A stretch of DNA of 62,657 nt, counting the filler, from Nemertoderma westbladi (taxonomy: Eukaryota > Animalia > Xenacoelomorpha), in NCBI GenBank assembly GCA_032718475.1. It is 5 parts of 5 records of this genome, joined end to end, with 100 filler letters (N's around TTAATTAATTAA, not from the genome) between each part and the next. Parts side by side here need not be neighbours in the genome. Positions count along the whole stretch, not along the records: positions 1 to 14,720 come from JAUCBJ010004135.1; 4 more parts are not named here. One strand, written 5' to 3'. Position 1 is the first letter of the stretch, and each line of letters begins with the position of its first letter. Positions 1-13,500 of the stretch are shown here, in pieces. A model generated the notes under the pieces. It was not told where the DNA came from. It searched no databases and saw nothing but the letters and a program-made list of their open reading frames with translations. Both the position numbers and the translations under genes were made by a program.

Positions 1-580
1 AAAAGAAATCACTAGCTACCACAAAAAAAAAACAATAGCTAACGTCTAACAGAAGATAACATTAATGTTCTAAAACAAAAAACCTCAAGATAATAGCCAT
101 TAACATGGTCCAAAATATTATTTTGTAATTTTAAGATCACTAGCTACCTTTAAAAACACTAGCTACCTTAATAAAAAATAATAGGTAACCTCTCTCAGAA
201 GGTGAAATTTATGTTCTAGAACGAAAAATATCATGATAATATCCATTAACATGGTCCAAAATATTATTTTGTAATTTTAAGATCACTAGCTACCTTTAAA
301 AACACTAGCTACCATAATAATAAACAATAGCTAACCTCTCTCAGAAGGTGAAATTTATGTTCTAGAACGAAAAACATCATGATAATATCCAATAATATGG
401 TAAAAAAATTGATCAAAAATTAGGTGCCAAAAATTTGGTTTTGAAATTTTAAAAACAGTAGCTACCTAAAAGAAATCACTAGCTACCACAAAAAAAACAA
501 TAGCTAACGTCTAACAGAAGATAACATTAATGTTCTAAAACAAAAAACCTCAAGATAATAGCCATTAACATGGTCAAATA
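1..580. repeat. AT-rich degenerate tandem repeat (CACTAGCTACC-containing units)
   Basis: 1-110 recurs at ~467-577; a ~147-bp unit is repeated at ~110-257 and ~257-404; CACTAGCTACC recurs several times. Confidence 0.8.
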
Positions 581-829
581 AATGGTCAAAAAGTGGGTAC
601 CCATAACATAGTAGTACCCACATGTACCTACCAGTACAACATATCGCAGCGCAGTTTGCAGTTCCGTACCTGCTGGCTGACCAGTGCCGTATTTTTTCGT
701 TGGAATACATACTGCAGCACTGTCAGATCTCAGACTGAACACTGAACCCACGACCTCCAAGAGATGTGAATTCAATGCAACCACTACACCAAATTATCTT
801 TGATTAAGAAAATGAATTGAATAATTATT

Positions 830-1270
830 GAATGCTTTTAAATTTAATGTTGTAATTCAAAAACATGACACGCCCCCCCCCCCCCCCCCCCCCCCCCCTC
901 CCCCAAACTTTTATAAAATTTTAATGAATAGCATGATATGAAACAGAGTTACAGTAGTTTCACCTCCCTCATCCTTAGTGACTGAGCCAGAATTTGTATT
1001 TTTGGTTTTTATTCTTTAGCTATAAGCGTTTGAAAAAAGTGTCACCGGTGGTGATATTGCAGCAACAGTCCCATCTCAGTTCTTCCACCTTATATTGATT
1101 TGTTGGTTCTGATGGAAAGCTGACATGCAAGGATTCCAAATATGTAACAAATTTAAAGTTAGGAAATAGCCATATAGGCCTAGCTGAGATATGGGCTTTC
1201 GAAAGTTTAATGTTTTTTCACCGCGCGAGGCTATTTTTTTTCTATGTAATAAATAAACCATGTTCTAGAA
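830..1270 (+). mobile_element. Dispersed non-coding repeat family A (poly-C tract; probable non-autonomous DNA element)
   Basis: Blocks AGTTTCACCTCCCTC..GAGCCAGAA and GGATTCCAAATATGTAACA recur at ~8965-9035 and ~39940-40350, and inverted at ~30360-30730 and ~49430-49850. Confidence 0.7.
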
Positions 1271-1759
1271 CATGATGTAAAAACGTAACTACAGTAGAAC
1301 GTAACTGAGGGTTCAGATTCACTTACCAGAAACACTTATTACTGTGAACAATTCGTAACTGGGAACTGAAATTTGAAACCCGAATTTTAGATTTGTAGAT
1401 CTGATGAACATTCGCAGCATATGGTCACTTCCTTACCAGCCCGCTTGGTCCATTACTTTGAAAAATATTATCAATTCTTTATATGGCTGATAATTGTCTT
1501 CGAAAACTAAGATAATTTATCAGTCAAATAATGCATATTTCCATCATCAGAGAAGGATAATTATTAATTAAATGCATATAAATTTAATTAATTTTACTAG
1601 ATTCATCAACACAAATATAATCTAATATGGCTGAAAATATGGGAAATTATTTAAATTTAAACTAACAAATTCTAATTTTAGTAATTTCTAATAAAGTTTC
1701 CATAGATACCCCCAAATCCCCCAATCCGGTCAATACTGCGCGGGGATGTCATGACCGCG

Positions 1760-2000
1760 CAGACCCGCATCGTCCCCAAACCGCGCCATGATCGTCGTTC
1801 GCCACGGAGGCAGATGGAACTGGACAGGAGGAGGGCGAATTGAAGGCACCGCCGGACACCCCCCAAAACACACGCGAGGCCCCTTTCCCTCATCCCTTGG
1901 TGTTTAGCAACGAGAGCCTCGGCGATGTGTTTTAACAGTGTCTGGGCCTCTCGGCACCAGACACCATCTGTTGTTCCGACCAGGGTGCTAAATGACATCC
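1760..2000 (-). pseudogene. 3' fragment of CRE-type (restriction-like endonuclease) non-LTR retrotransposon
   Basis: Translation FSTLVGTTDGVWCREAQTLLKHIAEAL...LQFALLLSSSICLRGERR resembles the CRE-clade C-terminus; paralog at 62300-62570. Confidence 0.6.
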
Positions 2001-3189
2001 TCCGGTCCTCACATACGGTGCGGTAGTGGCGCGTCTTATAGCGGCATTAATAAGTGTATAACGTATTGTAGGATAGGGAAGTAGGGTGTAGGGTAGGCTA
2101 AGGTAGGTATAGGCTAATACCCCCCCCCCCCCCCCCCCCCCCTCCCTCTCCACCAAAGTATCCACAGGCAGGTTGTTGAACGCAAGCAGAATCGTCAGAA
2201 CCGTCTACCAAGGATCCCTTTAACTATTTTGAACTATATATGGCTCTGGCAATCACACGCTCCTTTCTCTGTCGATTTCTCAACAGAGAGCTAACTGTTC
2301 GAATTTATAAGCCACAGCGATAACCAAAACAATAAATCTGAAATGGCTCCCTAAGCTACTTAATATGAGTGCGGGTGGTTTGCACTCGGCGTTCACTTAC
2401 CACAGAGAAATACATGCAGTTACTGAGCAAAACAACGTCGAATGCGAGAATATTTTAATATTGTATCGGGATAGGATATTAATCCGCCCTAATGTCAAAC
2501 TTGGTCTTGCGCTGGTTTTAGGCCAGCAAATTTACTACTGCGCTACACTAGCTACCGCTGTCAGCCCGCTAACCCGCTATTTTCAAATAACCGCCTAGCG
2601 TTGAATATTCTAAGGTATTTCTAAGCGTAATTTACCCAACTATTCTCCGCTATGCAGCGTGCAAGTTCTTAATTTTCTATTCCTCATGCTAAATAAACAC
2701 AGTGTCTTAAAATACAAAATTGCGTACTAATTACTAAGTATTCCAAAACACGTATTACTAATTTATTACGTTACTGAGTTATACTAGTGTAACAGCCTAA
2801 ATACTGTATTATTTTGACTTAACAGCAATTAATAAGCACGAACTAAGAAATAGAAAACAATCAAGAGAAAGTAGCGCCTGTGTAAACATTACAATCGAAC
2901 ATCAGGCACTCTTCAGCAACACAACATAAAATAGCGTTAGCAACACACTAATATAGGGCAATAGTAACACTAGTGGTAGTGCTAGTAATAGCGCTAAGTG
3001 TAAAGGAGTATGACCGCCAAGACTCTATGCAGTCTTCCTAACTAAACCCCCTATCGCTATCGTAGTACTACAAGGCTGAGACGAAGTCTGGAGTCTGGAG
3101 TACTACTAATGTTAGGGCAATTTAAGAGTGTGTTTAAGACAAAATATATTATTATTTATAAATTTAAATGAATAGGCCTACAGTGATAA

Positions 3190-4760
3190 TCGGTACATAT
3201 TGAATTCCAGATGGATGGGCCTTGAAAACTCAGGGAGTGCTGGCTGGTGTTCAGTCGAACCAAAGGAACCCTGTAGTTGGCTCTGGCTACCGACCGGGTT
3301 GCGTGGTTATGAACGGTCGAGGTTAAGGTGAATAAGTTTCTTATTTCTGGGGTGAGATCTGTAGTTTTTTATAGAGTTCATACATAAATATACCTATCTG
3401 GTGTTTATACAGTAAATGGAGTGGAAGAATACGTCATGATTTGTATAGTGGAGCGGAGGACGATTGGTTGTGATTAAGGTAATGCATCGGATAATTTTGT
3501 TGATCTTAACACGGATGGGATGGAGAGTAGTAGAGTAGGTCCCGCCCCAGGGAGTGATGCCGCACTGTAGATAAGGATGAACTACAGTAGTGAGTAGTAC
3601 AGTTGCCGTAGAATATGTGAAGGAAAGTTTCCCACGATAAATTTTTGTCTATCCAAATTCCAAGTATTTTGCTGCTATCTGTATATTTTATAGCTTTAGA
3701 GTTTATGTATAGGTTAGGAAGGTCACACACATTATGTGTGTTATAGAAGAATGTAGCTTCTGTCTTAGTTAGGTTTAATGTTAGACTATTATCAGTTAGC
3801 CAGTTAGATATCTTAGTAAGTTCTAGATTAAATTCGGAGATAAGGTTAGGTGCAAGTTTATCAGAAAGTAGAAGGGTGGTATCATCAGCGAACAAAGTAG
3901 AGAATAGTTTGGTAGAGTTAGGGAGGTCGTTGATATAGAGTAAAAATAAAGTTGGTGAGATAATAGACCCTTGAGGAACTCCACAGAGCAGGGGTTGTAG
4001 TGCGGAAATAATTTGACCTAATTGTACAAACTGATATCTGGAAGTAAGAATGCTATCTAAAAGTTTAAGTGGCACTCCTCTTATCCCATAGGCTTCGAGT
4101 TGCTTTAATAATACTGATAAATTTAATGTATCAAAAACTTTTGTTAGGTCGATGTATACTGTGCAGGAAGATTGTTTGAATTCGAGAGCGTTATTAATTT
4201 TTTCTAAAAAAGATAAAAGTGCGTGGGTTGTGGTTCTTTTTGGTCTGAAACCGAATTGAGATGAAGAAATAATGTTAAACTTAGACAAGTATGAAGTGTG
4301 AATTTATAATTAATTCGAAAATTTTAGAGATAACCGGCAATAATGAGATAGGACGGTTGTTATTTCGATCTGAAGGATCGCCTCCTTTATGGATGGGAGT
4401 CACTCTAGCAATTTTTAGGGAATCCGGGAAGAAGCCTATGGAAAAAGATAAGTTAATGAGGTAGCTTAGATGGATAGATAAGGGTTTAGAGTGTTTAGAG
4501 TGTTTAATGGAGTGTTTGTTGGATTTATTTAGTGCACTATTTATAATCATCCATGTTTTTCTCATTTTCCCTGAGTTATCTTCAAATTTTTTTGCGTAGT
4601 AGTTTTTTTCAGCTATTCGTAGAAGGGATGTCAGTTTATTTCTAAATCTTTTGAAGGACATCAAGTTTTCGTCAGATGAATTTTTGATATACAGTAAATA
4701 CGGTATAAATTATTTTTGATAATCGATAATTGAATTAATTTATTTGTTATCCATGTTTTT
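3190..4760 (-). mobile_element. Decayed CR1/L2-group LINE reverse transcriptase fragment
   Basis: ORFs 4281-4664 and 3506-4288 contain RPISLLPVISKIFE, QFGFRP, IDLTKVFDT, GVPQGSIISPTLFLLYINDLP and LFADDTT; frameshifted and 5' truncated. Confidence 0.9.
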
Positions 4761-5769
4761 TTTTGGAAGGGTTCGTGGAGAAAACGTTTAACTTATCCAG
4801 TTTCCCCCTGTCTCTGCAGCTAAGGACTCTGGAGTCTGGCAGTCTGGGAGAGTTTTAAAAGCTCTTTTCAGAATTTCTAAAACTATGTGACTGCTGGCCT
4901 CTCGCAGTCTGGACTGGATAGTGGATAGTCAGACTGCACAAATGCCTCTTGAACAGTTTCTACAGTTATTTTCAGTATCTCTGGTATGTCCCGTCACATT
5001 GCGAGTATAAACGCTAAGACGACAACCGACAACCATCATTAAAGATAATTAATGTTAATTATCAATTGAGAGAAACTGAGAAAGGAACAGGTTAAGTCAG
5101 GAAGTGGAAGGTTCATTTAATATCCGGTATAATGAATGCCCCGGCGGCTTTTATTTAGGTAAAAATAGAATCATGAAAATTAAAATGTAAACAAAGGCAC
5201 GATTAAGTTAGTAGTATAACACGTGAGAAATACGGTGTGAGAAATAAAACATACCATAATGCACTAATGCACAATAAAATGCATACTGTATTACATAGAC
5301 ATATATTATGCTGAATCTGATTCTGAACAAATGTTTTGGCATAGGGCCTAGGCATGTTGAAATCAGTTCTGCAGTTGTCTGACAGTCCAGAAATCAGCAG
5401 TCTGACTACTACTACTACAGCCATTCCAAGCAAAAGTAAACCTTTTGGTGAAAAATGAAAGTACTTAGAAATGCATTTATTTTGTATTGAGTGTGTAGCA
5501 CACATATTGTGCTTCATAAAACTGCTTTCAAATGTTCCATAACCCTCGCCAATTTTTTTTTACGGCGTCCGTAAAATGTGATTTAAAAAATGCCAAAAAT
5601 TCAATATTTTTGGCATAATTACATACAAACCAAAATGGCATGATAATTACCAAACTGGCAATGTCATATGTTTTTCAGAATCTTATATCTATGTAGTAAT
5701 TAGCTATGTCGGTTAAATAATGTACAACTAATAAATATTTTTCTAATAGCATTGAAATGAGTGGATGGA

Positions 5770-7950
5770 AAATATGTCACGACCGTTACGCTGAAGAACA
5801 AGTTTTTCCAATATCTCCAGATCCCCGGCAGTAATGGTTATAATCTTTTATATCTATCGTTAGGTGGTTCGTATCAATTGTTTGAGTCATATAGTTTAAC
5901 TTGACCGTATGTTCCAGTTGTAGTAATCAGCGTAACGGTCGTGACATTAACATGTGGGAAATGGGAATAGCATGTATAATAGCATGTATAATTCAAGGAA
6001 CGAAAGGTCGTCTTTTTTACTCTCTATTTAGATTACATTTTGGAATATGATTCGTGATAATTGAAATATTGGGTGTACAAAGGTTTCTTCTTAACCTATA
6101 ATGTGCCATAAGTGATAAGAGCACTTATGACCGTAACGGTTGTGACACAAACTTAGGAATCATTATTATACAGTATAAATGAATTTGTATCATTTACAAA
6201 CATCATTTACATATCATACCACTGCTGCAGTGGGATGTAATTATAATTATACTGTAATCAGGTAGTACACATAATAACCAAAATATCAGCTTACAATACT
6301 ACATAGAACAGTAGAACGTATGGCTGCTTACATATAATCTGCAAAATTTGAAAAATTATGTTTATTTACTCTTGCACTTTTCATTTTAGCACCGAACATT
6401 GTAGGTGTATTCAACTGCGGAATTTAAAAAGCCTTCCATTGAAATCGGCGTACCAGAACAGCAGGAAAAACTGTATGTAATAGAGAAAGAAACACAATTC
6501 GTACAATTCTAGTTGTTTTCACTAATTTGAAAAATGCTGGTTACTTGCACTTTTCATTTTAGCACCAAAAATGGTATGTCAGTAGATGTGTTCAACTGCG
6601 GAATTTAAAAAGCCTTCTATTGAAATAGGCGTACCAGAAAACCTGTATGTAATTGAAATAAATACCATTCCTACAATTCTTATTGTTTCAACTAATTTTA
6701 AAAATGCTGGTTACTTGCACTTTTCAATTTAGCACCAAAAATGGTAGGTCGGTAGATGCGTTCAACTGCGGAATTTAAAAAGCCTTCCATTGAAATCGGC
6801 GTACCAGAAAACCTGTATGTAATTGAAATAAATACCATTCCTACAATTCTTATTGTTTTCACTAATTTGAAAAATGCTGGTTACTTGCACTTTTCAATTT
6901 AGCACCAAAAATGGTAGGTGTGTTCAACTGCGGAATTTAAAAAGCCTTCCATTGAAATCGGCGTACCAGAAAACCTGTATGTAATTGAAATAAATACCAT
7001 TCCTACAATTCTTATTGTTTTCACTAATTTGAAAAATGCTGGTTACTTGCACTTTTCAATTTAGCACCAAAAATGGTAGGTGTGTTCAACTGCGGAATTT
7101 AAAAAGCCTTCCATTGAAATCAGCGCACCAGAAAACCTGTAAGTAATTGAAATAAACACCATTCCTACAAGTCTAGTTGTTTTCATTAATTTGAAAAATG
7201 CTGTTCACTTGCACTTTTCATTTTAGCGCCAAAAATAGTAGATGTGTTCAACTGCGGAATTTAAAAAGCCTTCCATTGAAATCGGCGTACCAGAAAACCT
7301 ATAAGTAATTGAAATAAATACCATTCCTACAAGTCTAGTTGTTTTCATTAATTTGAAAAATACTTGTTACTTGCACTTTTCATTTTAGCACCAAAAATGG
7401 TAGATGTGTTCAATTGCGGAATGTAAAAAGCCTTCTATTAAAATCAGCGTACAAGAAAACCTGCCTGAAATCGATATCAATACCTAACTCTAATATCTTA
7501 CCATTTTTTGAAATTCAGATTTATGTGAAAATCGATAATGTCACAACCGTTACGAAACTATGTCACGACCGTTACGCTGGTTAATTGATTGCCACATTCT
7601 CTAATGATATTATATTGCCATACTGTTAATTTCATTTTAAACTCTATCTATTAACATGTTAGTCTGACATAAGTAACGCTAAATAAGTACAGTAAATTCG
7701 ATAGAAATTTATATTGTGTAGGAGTCTCTAAAAAGCTTGTCCATTTCAGTCACGACCGTTACGCCAACTTTAAACTGGAATACAATCAATAAAACGTAAT
7801 GTATTCCAGTGCGGTTTCGATTTTATTAAAGGTCCATATCTTAGGATCATATCATAGTAATATCTTTTCAATATCATTCTTCCATGTGCCCTTAGAATAC
7901 TCATTAATACCGGAAACCCATGCGGAATGTCACGACCGTTACGCTGGAAT
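5770..7950. mobile_element. Probable non-autonomous DNA element with repeated TGTCACGACCGTTACG motifs enclosing a minisatellite
   Basis: Motif or close variants at ~5775, 7540, 7561, 7749 and 7928, and inverted at ~5930 and 6130; termini and TSD not resolved. Confidence 0.45.
6365..7460. repeat. Tandem satellite, 162-175 bp unit, about 7 copies
   Basis: Anchor TTACTTGCACTTTTCA(A/T)TTTAGCACC at ~6366, 6541, 6711, 6881, 7043, 7205 and 7367. Confidence 0.95.
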
Positions 7951-8089
7951 GGCTGACTACTACTACTAGGTCGAGCGAACTCGGACAGTGGAAATGAGAT
8001 CCTTCCAGGCTTCCCGATTCTCCATAGTTGTCGCAATTTCGTTTCTCCCAAGTTCAGTATCCCTTTCGAGTTGATCTATATATGTTATG

Positions 8090-8500
8090 GCCGGTCGTCC
8101 ACGACTTCACTTTCCATGAGTGGGTTGCCAGAGAAGTAGATCTGGTATGACCTCGTCTTTACTTCGCCAGCAGTGCCCACTGAATCTTAATCTGCGTTCA
8201 CGGAGGGTGGTTGATACAGGTGGTATTGTGCCATAAAGCTCGGCGTTTGTCATGTGTTGTCTCCAGCTGATGTTTAGGGCTGCCCTTAGTCTTGTGTAGC
8301 AAACCATCGATATATAATGTATATTTTTCCAAAACAAGTTGGGCCGATTCAATAACAAGTTGCACACTTATGTGGAATCGTCTCGGCCAAACCATCGATT
8401 CGTTGTTCAAGTGATTTAGTCAGTGTCCAGGTCTCACCCCCGTATAAAAATACACTTTCCACTGTGGCTCGAAAGAACTTAGTCTTCTGAACTGGAAAGG
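8090..8500 (-). mobile_element. RTE-clade LINE 3' fragment
   Basis: FFRATVESVFLYGGETWTLTKSLEQRIDG and LRERRLRFSGHCWRSKDEV..LLLWQPTHGK in shifted frames. Confidence 0.8.
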
Positions 8501-9081
8501 TTATATTTCCAGTTATGGACATGTCACTATACTGAATATCCAGCCAGGCGTCGTTTATACAGAAAATGCTACCAATAATAATAATAACATCAATCCGCAA
8601 ACAAAGCAGTCTGTATCTGCCATATCCCATGTCAAGTACAATGCAGCAATGCACACATCTTCAACCAGACACTATATAACATTGCAGGTGTCTCATTGGT
8701 TCCCCCAAGCTTGACACTAGAACTAGAACAAAGCCGCCTCCGATTTGTAGGACATTATTGCTTTCGCCGTGAGGACCAACCAGTGCATAATTAGGGGCGT
8801 AAGCAGGAATTTTACATATGGGTGGTAAATATATGAAACATAATTTCCATAAATTCCATTGAAACATAATTGTGCTATAGGCCTACATAGCACAATGTAG
8901 CATATTGGCTATACTTTGTATACTGTATACTTACTGGATACTTATTGTATGAAATTTGAAATGGAGATAGTTTCACCTCCCTCCTCCTTGCTCGGGTGTC
9001 GGGTGAGCCAGAACCTTATTTTTGACTTTCATTACTTTGCTAATATGCAATGGAGGCTATGGACAGTGAGTGAGGAATGCC

Positions 9082-9674
9082 GGATACATGACCGAACGTA
9101 ACCAGGATCGAATGTAACATAGTTTTACGTATCGAACGTAACCGCAATTATGTTACATTGGATCCTATAACTATGTTACATTCGATCTACAAATTACTAA
9201 CAGACTAAGCCCGAATGTAACATTGCCATTTAAAGGAGCAGGTTACAGAGGCGTGTTGGGGAAACCAAAACAATAAACGAAAGTTAGTAGTTACAAGATT
9301 ATGCAAGTTACCAGTACTTTTATTTAAAGGAGCAGGTACAGAGGCGTGTGGGGGGAACCAAAACAATAAACGAAAGTTAGTACAGTAGTAACACATGTTA
9401 CAAGATTATGCACTCTCTCTATGCTTGGGTCTTGGGTCTTTGTTTTGTACTAACCAAACTGTTTCTTCCTGTAAATAAAGGAAGCATTTCATCGGTTAAC
9501 TCCTGAAATCAAAACACAACAGAAATAAATATATGTTACATTCGGGCTTAGTATTTTGTAGTTCGAATGTAACATAGTTATAGGATCCAATGTAACATAA
9601 TTGAGGTTACGTTCGATTCGTAAAAACTATGTATGTTACATTCGATCCTGATTACATTCGGTCTGTCACCCGCC
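9082..9674. mobile_element. Mutator-like MITE
   Basis: ~140-bp imperfect TIRs with GG...CC termini; perfect 9-bp TSD AGGAATGCC at 9073-9081 and 9675-9683. Confidence 0.85.
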
Positions 9675-9833
9675 AGGAATGCCAGGCTATCTAATCTAAC
9701 CTTTGTGGTGTCAATGCATCCCCCCCGTCAACATTGTAACTGCCCCCACATAATGTCAACAGGAATTGTAACATTTTCCATTGTACTGTTGTATTACTGA
9801 ATTAATTACGGTAGGCCTACTGTCTGTATACAG

Positions 9834-9988
9834 AGAATATCACCTGTTCTAAGAGTGATATACGATATATCAACCTGAAGCAAATAAACTTGTATAACTA
9901 CCGAGGCCGAGGTTGTTATACAAAGTTTATTTGCTGAAGGTTGATATATCGTATATCACTCCTAGCAGCCTAGGACAGGTGATATTCT
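9834..9988. repeat. Long palindrome (~65-bp arms), probably the end of a larger element whose other end is near 14540-14612
   Basis: Arms 9834-9898 and 9915-9988 flank a TACCGAGGCCGAGGTT loop; the adjacent CTGTTTATCACATGT is inverted at ~14597-14611 next to a second small palindrome TATATCACACGGTGTGATATA. Confidence 0.75.
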
Positions 9989-10277
9989 GTTTATCACATG
10001 TGTTCGAACTTATTGAACATGAAGAGGGCCGTCCTGCATAATAAGGTAAAGCGAACTCCAATTTTCCTCTCCAATTTTTTTATTATAGCTAGTACTTGTT
10101 GCTTTTTGTATAGAATTCGTTCTAGAATATGCTACAGTAGCTATTTATTTTGAAAAAATGAACCCTCAGTTACAAATATTTTTTATTCCAGAACATATTT
10201 TTGAAAATATCTTGATTGTATTTTAAACACATGGGAACGATTAATTATTATACACCACCTAACTGCCTAAAAGGGAA

Positions 10278-10493
10278 GGCTGCGTTCACACTACCGAATC
10301 AAAGTCAAATGAAAATAAATGTAGCTAGAAATAATAAATAATAATACATTATATAATATAATACATTATATAATATAGGCCTAATACATAGGCCTAAGCA
10401 AATAACAGAATAAGGGCTTTCTAAAAAAACTAAATTGTATTTTACAATTGGTCTTTTGACTTTTGACTTCAACTCGGTAGTGTGAACGTGGCC
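10278..10493. mobile_element. PIF/Harbinger-like MITE
   Basis: TIRs GGCTGCGTTCACACTACCGA / TCGGTAGTGTGAACGTGGCC; TAA on the right flank, GAA on the left. Confidence 0.6.
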
Positions 10494-10545
10494 TAAGAAT
10501 GTTTGGAATTGCTTCTTTTTTTATTTAAGAACACTACCGGTTGTA

Positions 10546-13500
10546 GGTGCTAAAATGCACAACGAGCAACAATGACCAACAACGAGTAACAATGAGCAAC
10601 AACGAGCAACAATGAGCAACAATGAGCAACAACGAGCAACAACGACCAACAACGAGCAACAACGAGCAACAATGAGGAACAACGAGCAACAATGAGCAAC
10701 AACGAGCAACAATGAGCAGCAATGAGCAACAACGAGCAATAATAAAGTACAACATTGAGCAACAATGACCAACAACGAGCAACAATGACCAACAATGAGC
10801 AACAATGAGCAACAACGAGCAACAATGAGCAACCACGAGCAACTATGAGCAATAATGAGCAACAATGAGGAACAACGAGCAACAATGAGCAACAATGAGC
10901 AGAAATGAGCAACAACGAGCAACAATGAGCAATAATAAAGTACAACAATGAGCAACAATGACCAACAACGAGCAACAATGACCAACAACGAGCAACAATG
11001 AGCAACAACGACCAACAACGACCAACAATGAGCAACAACGAGCAACAATGAGCAACCACGAGCAACTATGAGCAATAATGAGCAACAATGAGGAACAACG
11101 AGCAACAATGAGCAATAATAAAGTACAACAATGAGCAACAATGAGCAACAACGGGCAACAATGAGCAACAACGAGCAACAACGACCAACAACGAGCAACA
11201 ATGAGCAACAACGAGCAACAATGAGCAACAACGAGCAATAATAAAGTACAACATTGAGCAACAATGACCAACAACGAGCAACAATGACCAACAATGAGCA
11301 ACAACGAGCAACAATGAGCAACCACGAGCAACTATGAGCAATAATTAAAGTACAACAACGAGCAACAATGATCAACAACGATCAACAATGAGCAACAAAT
11401 GAGCAATAATAAAGTACAACAATGAGCAACAAAGGCCAACAACGAGCAACAATGAGCAACAATGAGCAACAATGAGCAACAATGAGCAACAACGAGCAAC
11501 AATGAGCAACAATGAGCAACAACGAGCAACAACGAGCAACAATGAGCAACAACGAGCAACAACGAGCAACAATGAGGAGCAACAATGAGCAACAACGAGC
11601 AACAACGAGCAACAATGAGGAACAACGAGCAACAATGAGCAGCAATGAGCAACAACGACCAACAACGAGCAACAACGAGCAACAATGAGGGACAACGAGC
11701 AACAATGAGCAACAATGAGCAATAATAAAGTACAACATTGAGCAACAATGACCAACAACGAGCAGAAATGACCAACAATGAGCAACAATGAGCAACAACG
11801 AGCAACCACGAGCAACTATGAGCAATAATAAAGTACAACAACGAGCAACAATGAGCAACAACGAGCAACAACGAGCAACAATGAGCAACAACGAGCAACA
11901 ACGAGCAACAACGAGCAACAATGAGCAACAAATGAGCAATAATAAAGTACAACAATGAGCAACAATCACCAACAACGAGCAACAATGAGCAACAACGAGA
12001 AATAATAAAGTACAACAACGAGAAAAAATGATGAGCAACAATGCGCATAAATAATAAAGTGATAAAAAATAACTACAATAAATAGCCGTAACTACAATAA
12101 CAGTAACTATAATAAAGTAACTAGAGTACACCATTCACCATTAAACAGATTACACAGATACATTCATTATACTTACTGACTTATGCAGTATAATGTACTG
12201 ATGTATCCCAGTAATCCCGAATATATGAGTAGGATATGATAAATAAATTCCCAACCAAGAACTTAATAAAAAATGCTTCCATACCCGCAATGTCATCAAG
12301 ATGGTGCACAATACTGCTATACCGGGACCGGTAGGCCTACAAATATTTATCAGTTTACCTGATTTCAGTCTATCAGTCTTGTTCTGTTTGGGTAGTGTCG
12401 GTGTCGGTGAAACTTACCTCAACCTATTATCTGGTTCTGACTGTCTGATGTACGGTACTGTGAAGTGTGAACTGGTTTTCGTATTATTATTTTGTATTTT
12501 ATACAGTTGGACAGTGACCTGATTGCCTGGCAGTCCTGAAGTCTGCCTAGCGTTCTATATTACATACTACTATATAGCTTGTGGGATGGGGTAGGCCAAG
12601 CCTATTTTGTATTTGATTTGTTATTTACTTTAGGTCTATTAAATTTTATTTATATGTTGAAGCTTTATATTTGATTTATATTTTACTTGTGTATTATTGA
12701 CCGGACCCTTATTACCTGAGCTTTTTGTGACCGGACCCATAATCTTGTATTGTAACATGTCTTAACTTTCGTTTATTGTTTTGGTTCCCACCAACGCCAA
12801 CACCTGAACATGCCTCTGTAACCCGGTCCTTTACTAATCTGCTGCCTGCTCCTTTCTGCCTTTAAATGGCAATGGGTCCGATCAACGGGTTCTGTCAATT
12901 TAGCAAAAGGTCTATTCAGTAGACTTTGCCCAGTCAGCCAGTTAGTTTTTAGTACAAAATTTAGTACAGTCTGACAGTAGTATTCTGTACCTTATTAGTT
13001 TAATCGGTGCATTTTTAATTCTCGGTTATTTTCGAAAAACAAAAAATTATTTTTAATTGTAATTCAGTAATTAACTACACCACTACCTGACTACCAGTAT
13101 TGGTTTTCGAAAATAACCAAACCAAGAGTTAACAATTATAACAGATTAAACTAATGGTTTATTTATTTACAAGCTTGCCATCGAGAGCTTGCAATAATGG
13201 ATCGATCCATTGCTATCATCAATATAATATTGTTACAATAAATTACGCGCCTATGCAGAGCAGCCTAATAACGAAAAACGAAACATTGGGCAAAGTACCG
13301 TCTGTACAATATAATATAATGTTAAAAAAACACCGTTTGAAGGAAATGTATCTTCTACAATTCTAAACGAAATAAAGCGAAATGTCCAATAGATACTCCC
13401 TATGGCTGTATGGCTGTGTATGGGGTGTCGACAGAATTTTGATTGAGTGAATTCTACAATTATGATCGGTCAATCTAGAATTAATTTTACTGTCCGATAA

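Noticed and set aside
873-905. Poly-C/poly-G tracts as regulatory G-quadruplex elements
   Set aside because: Several lie at a fixed position in dispersed repeat family A, and homopolymer lengths are unreliable; no independent support
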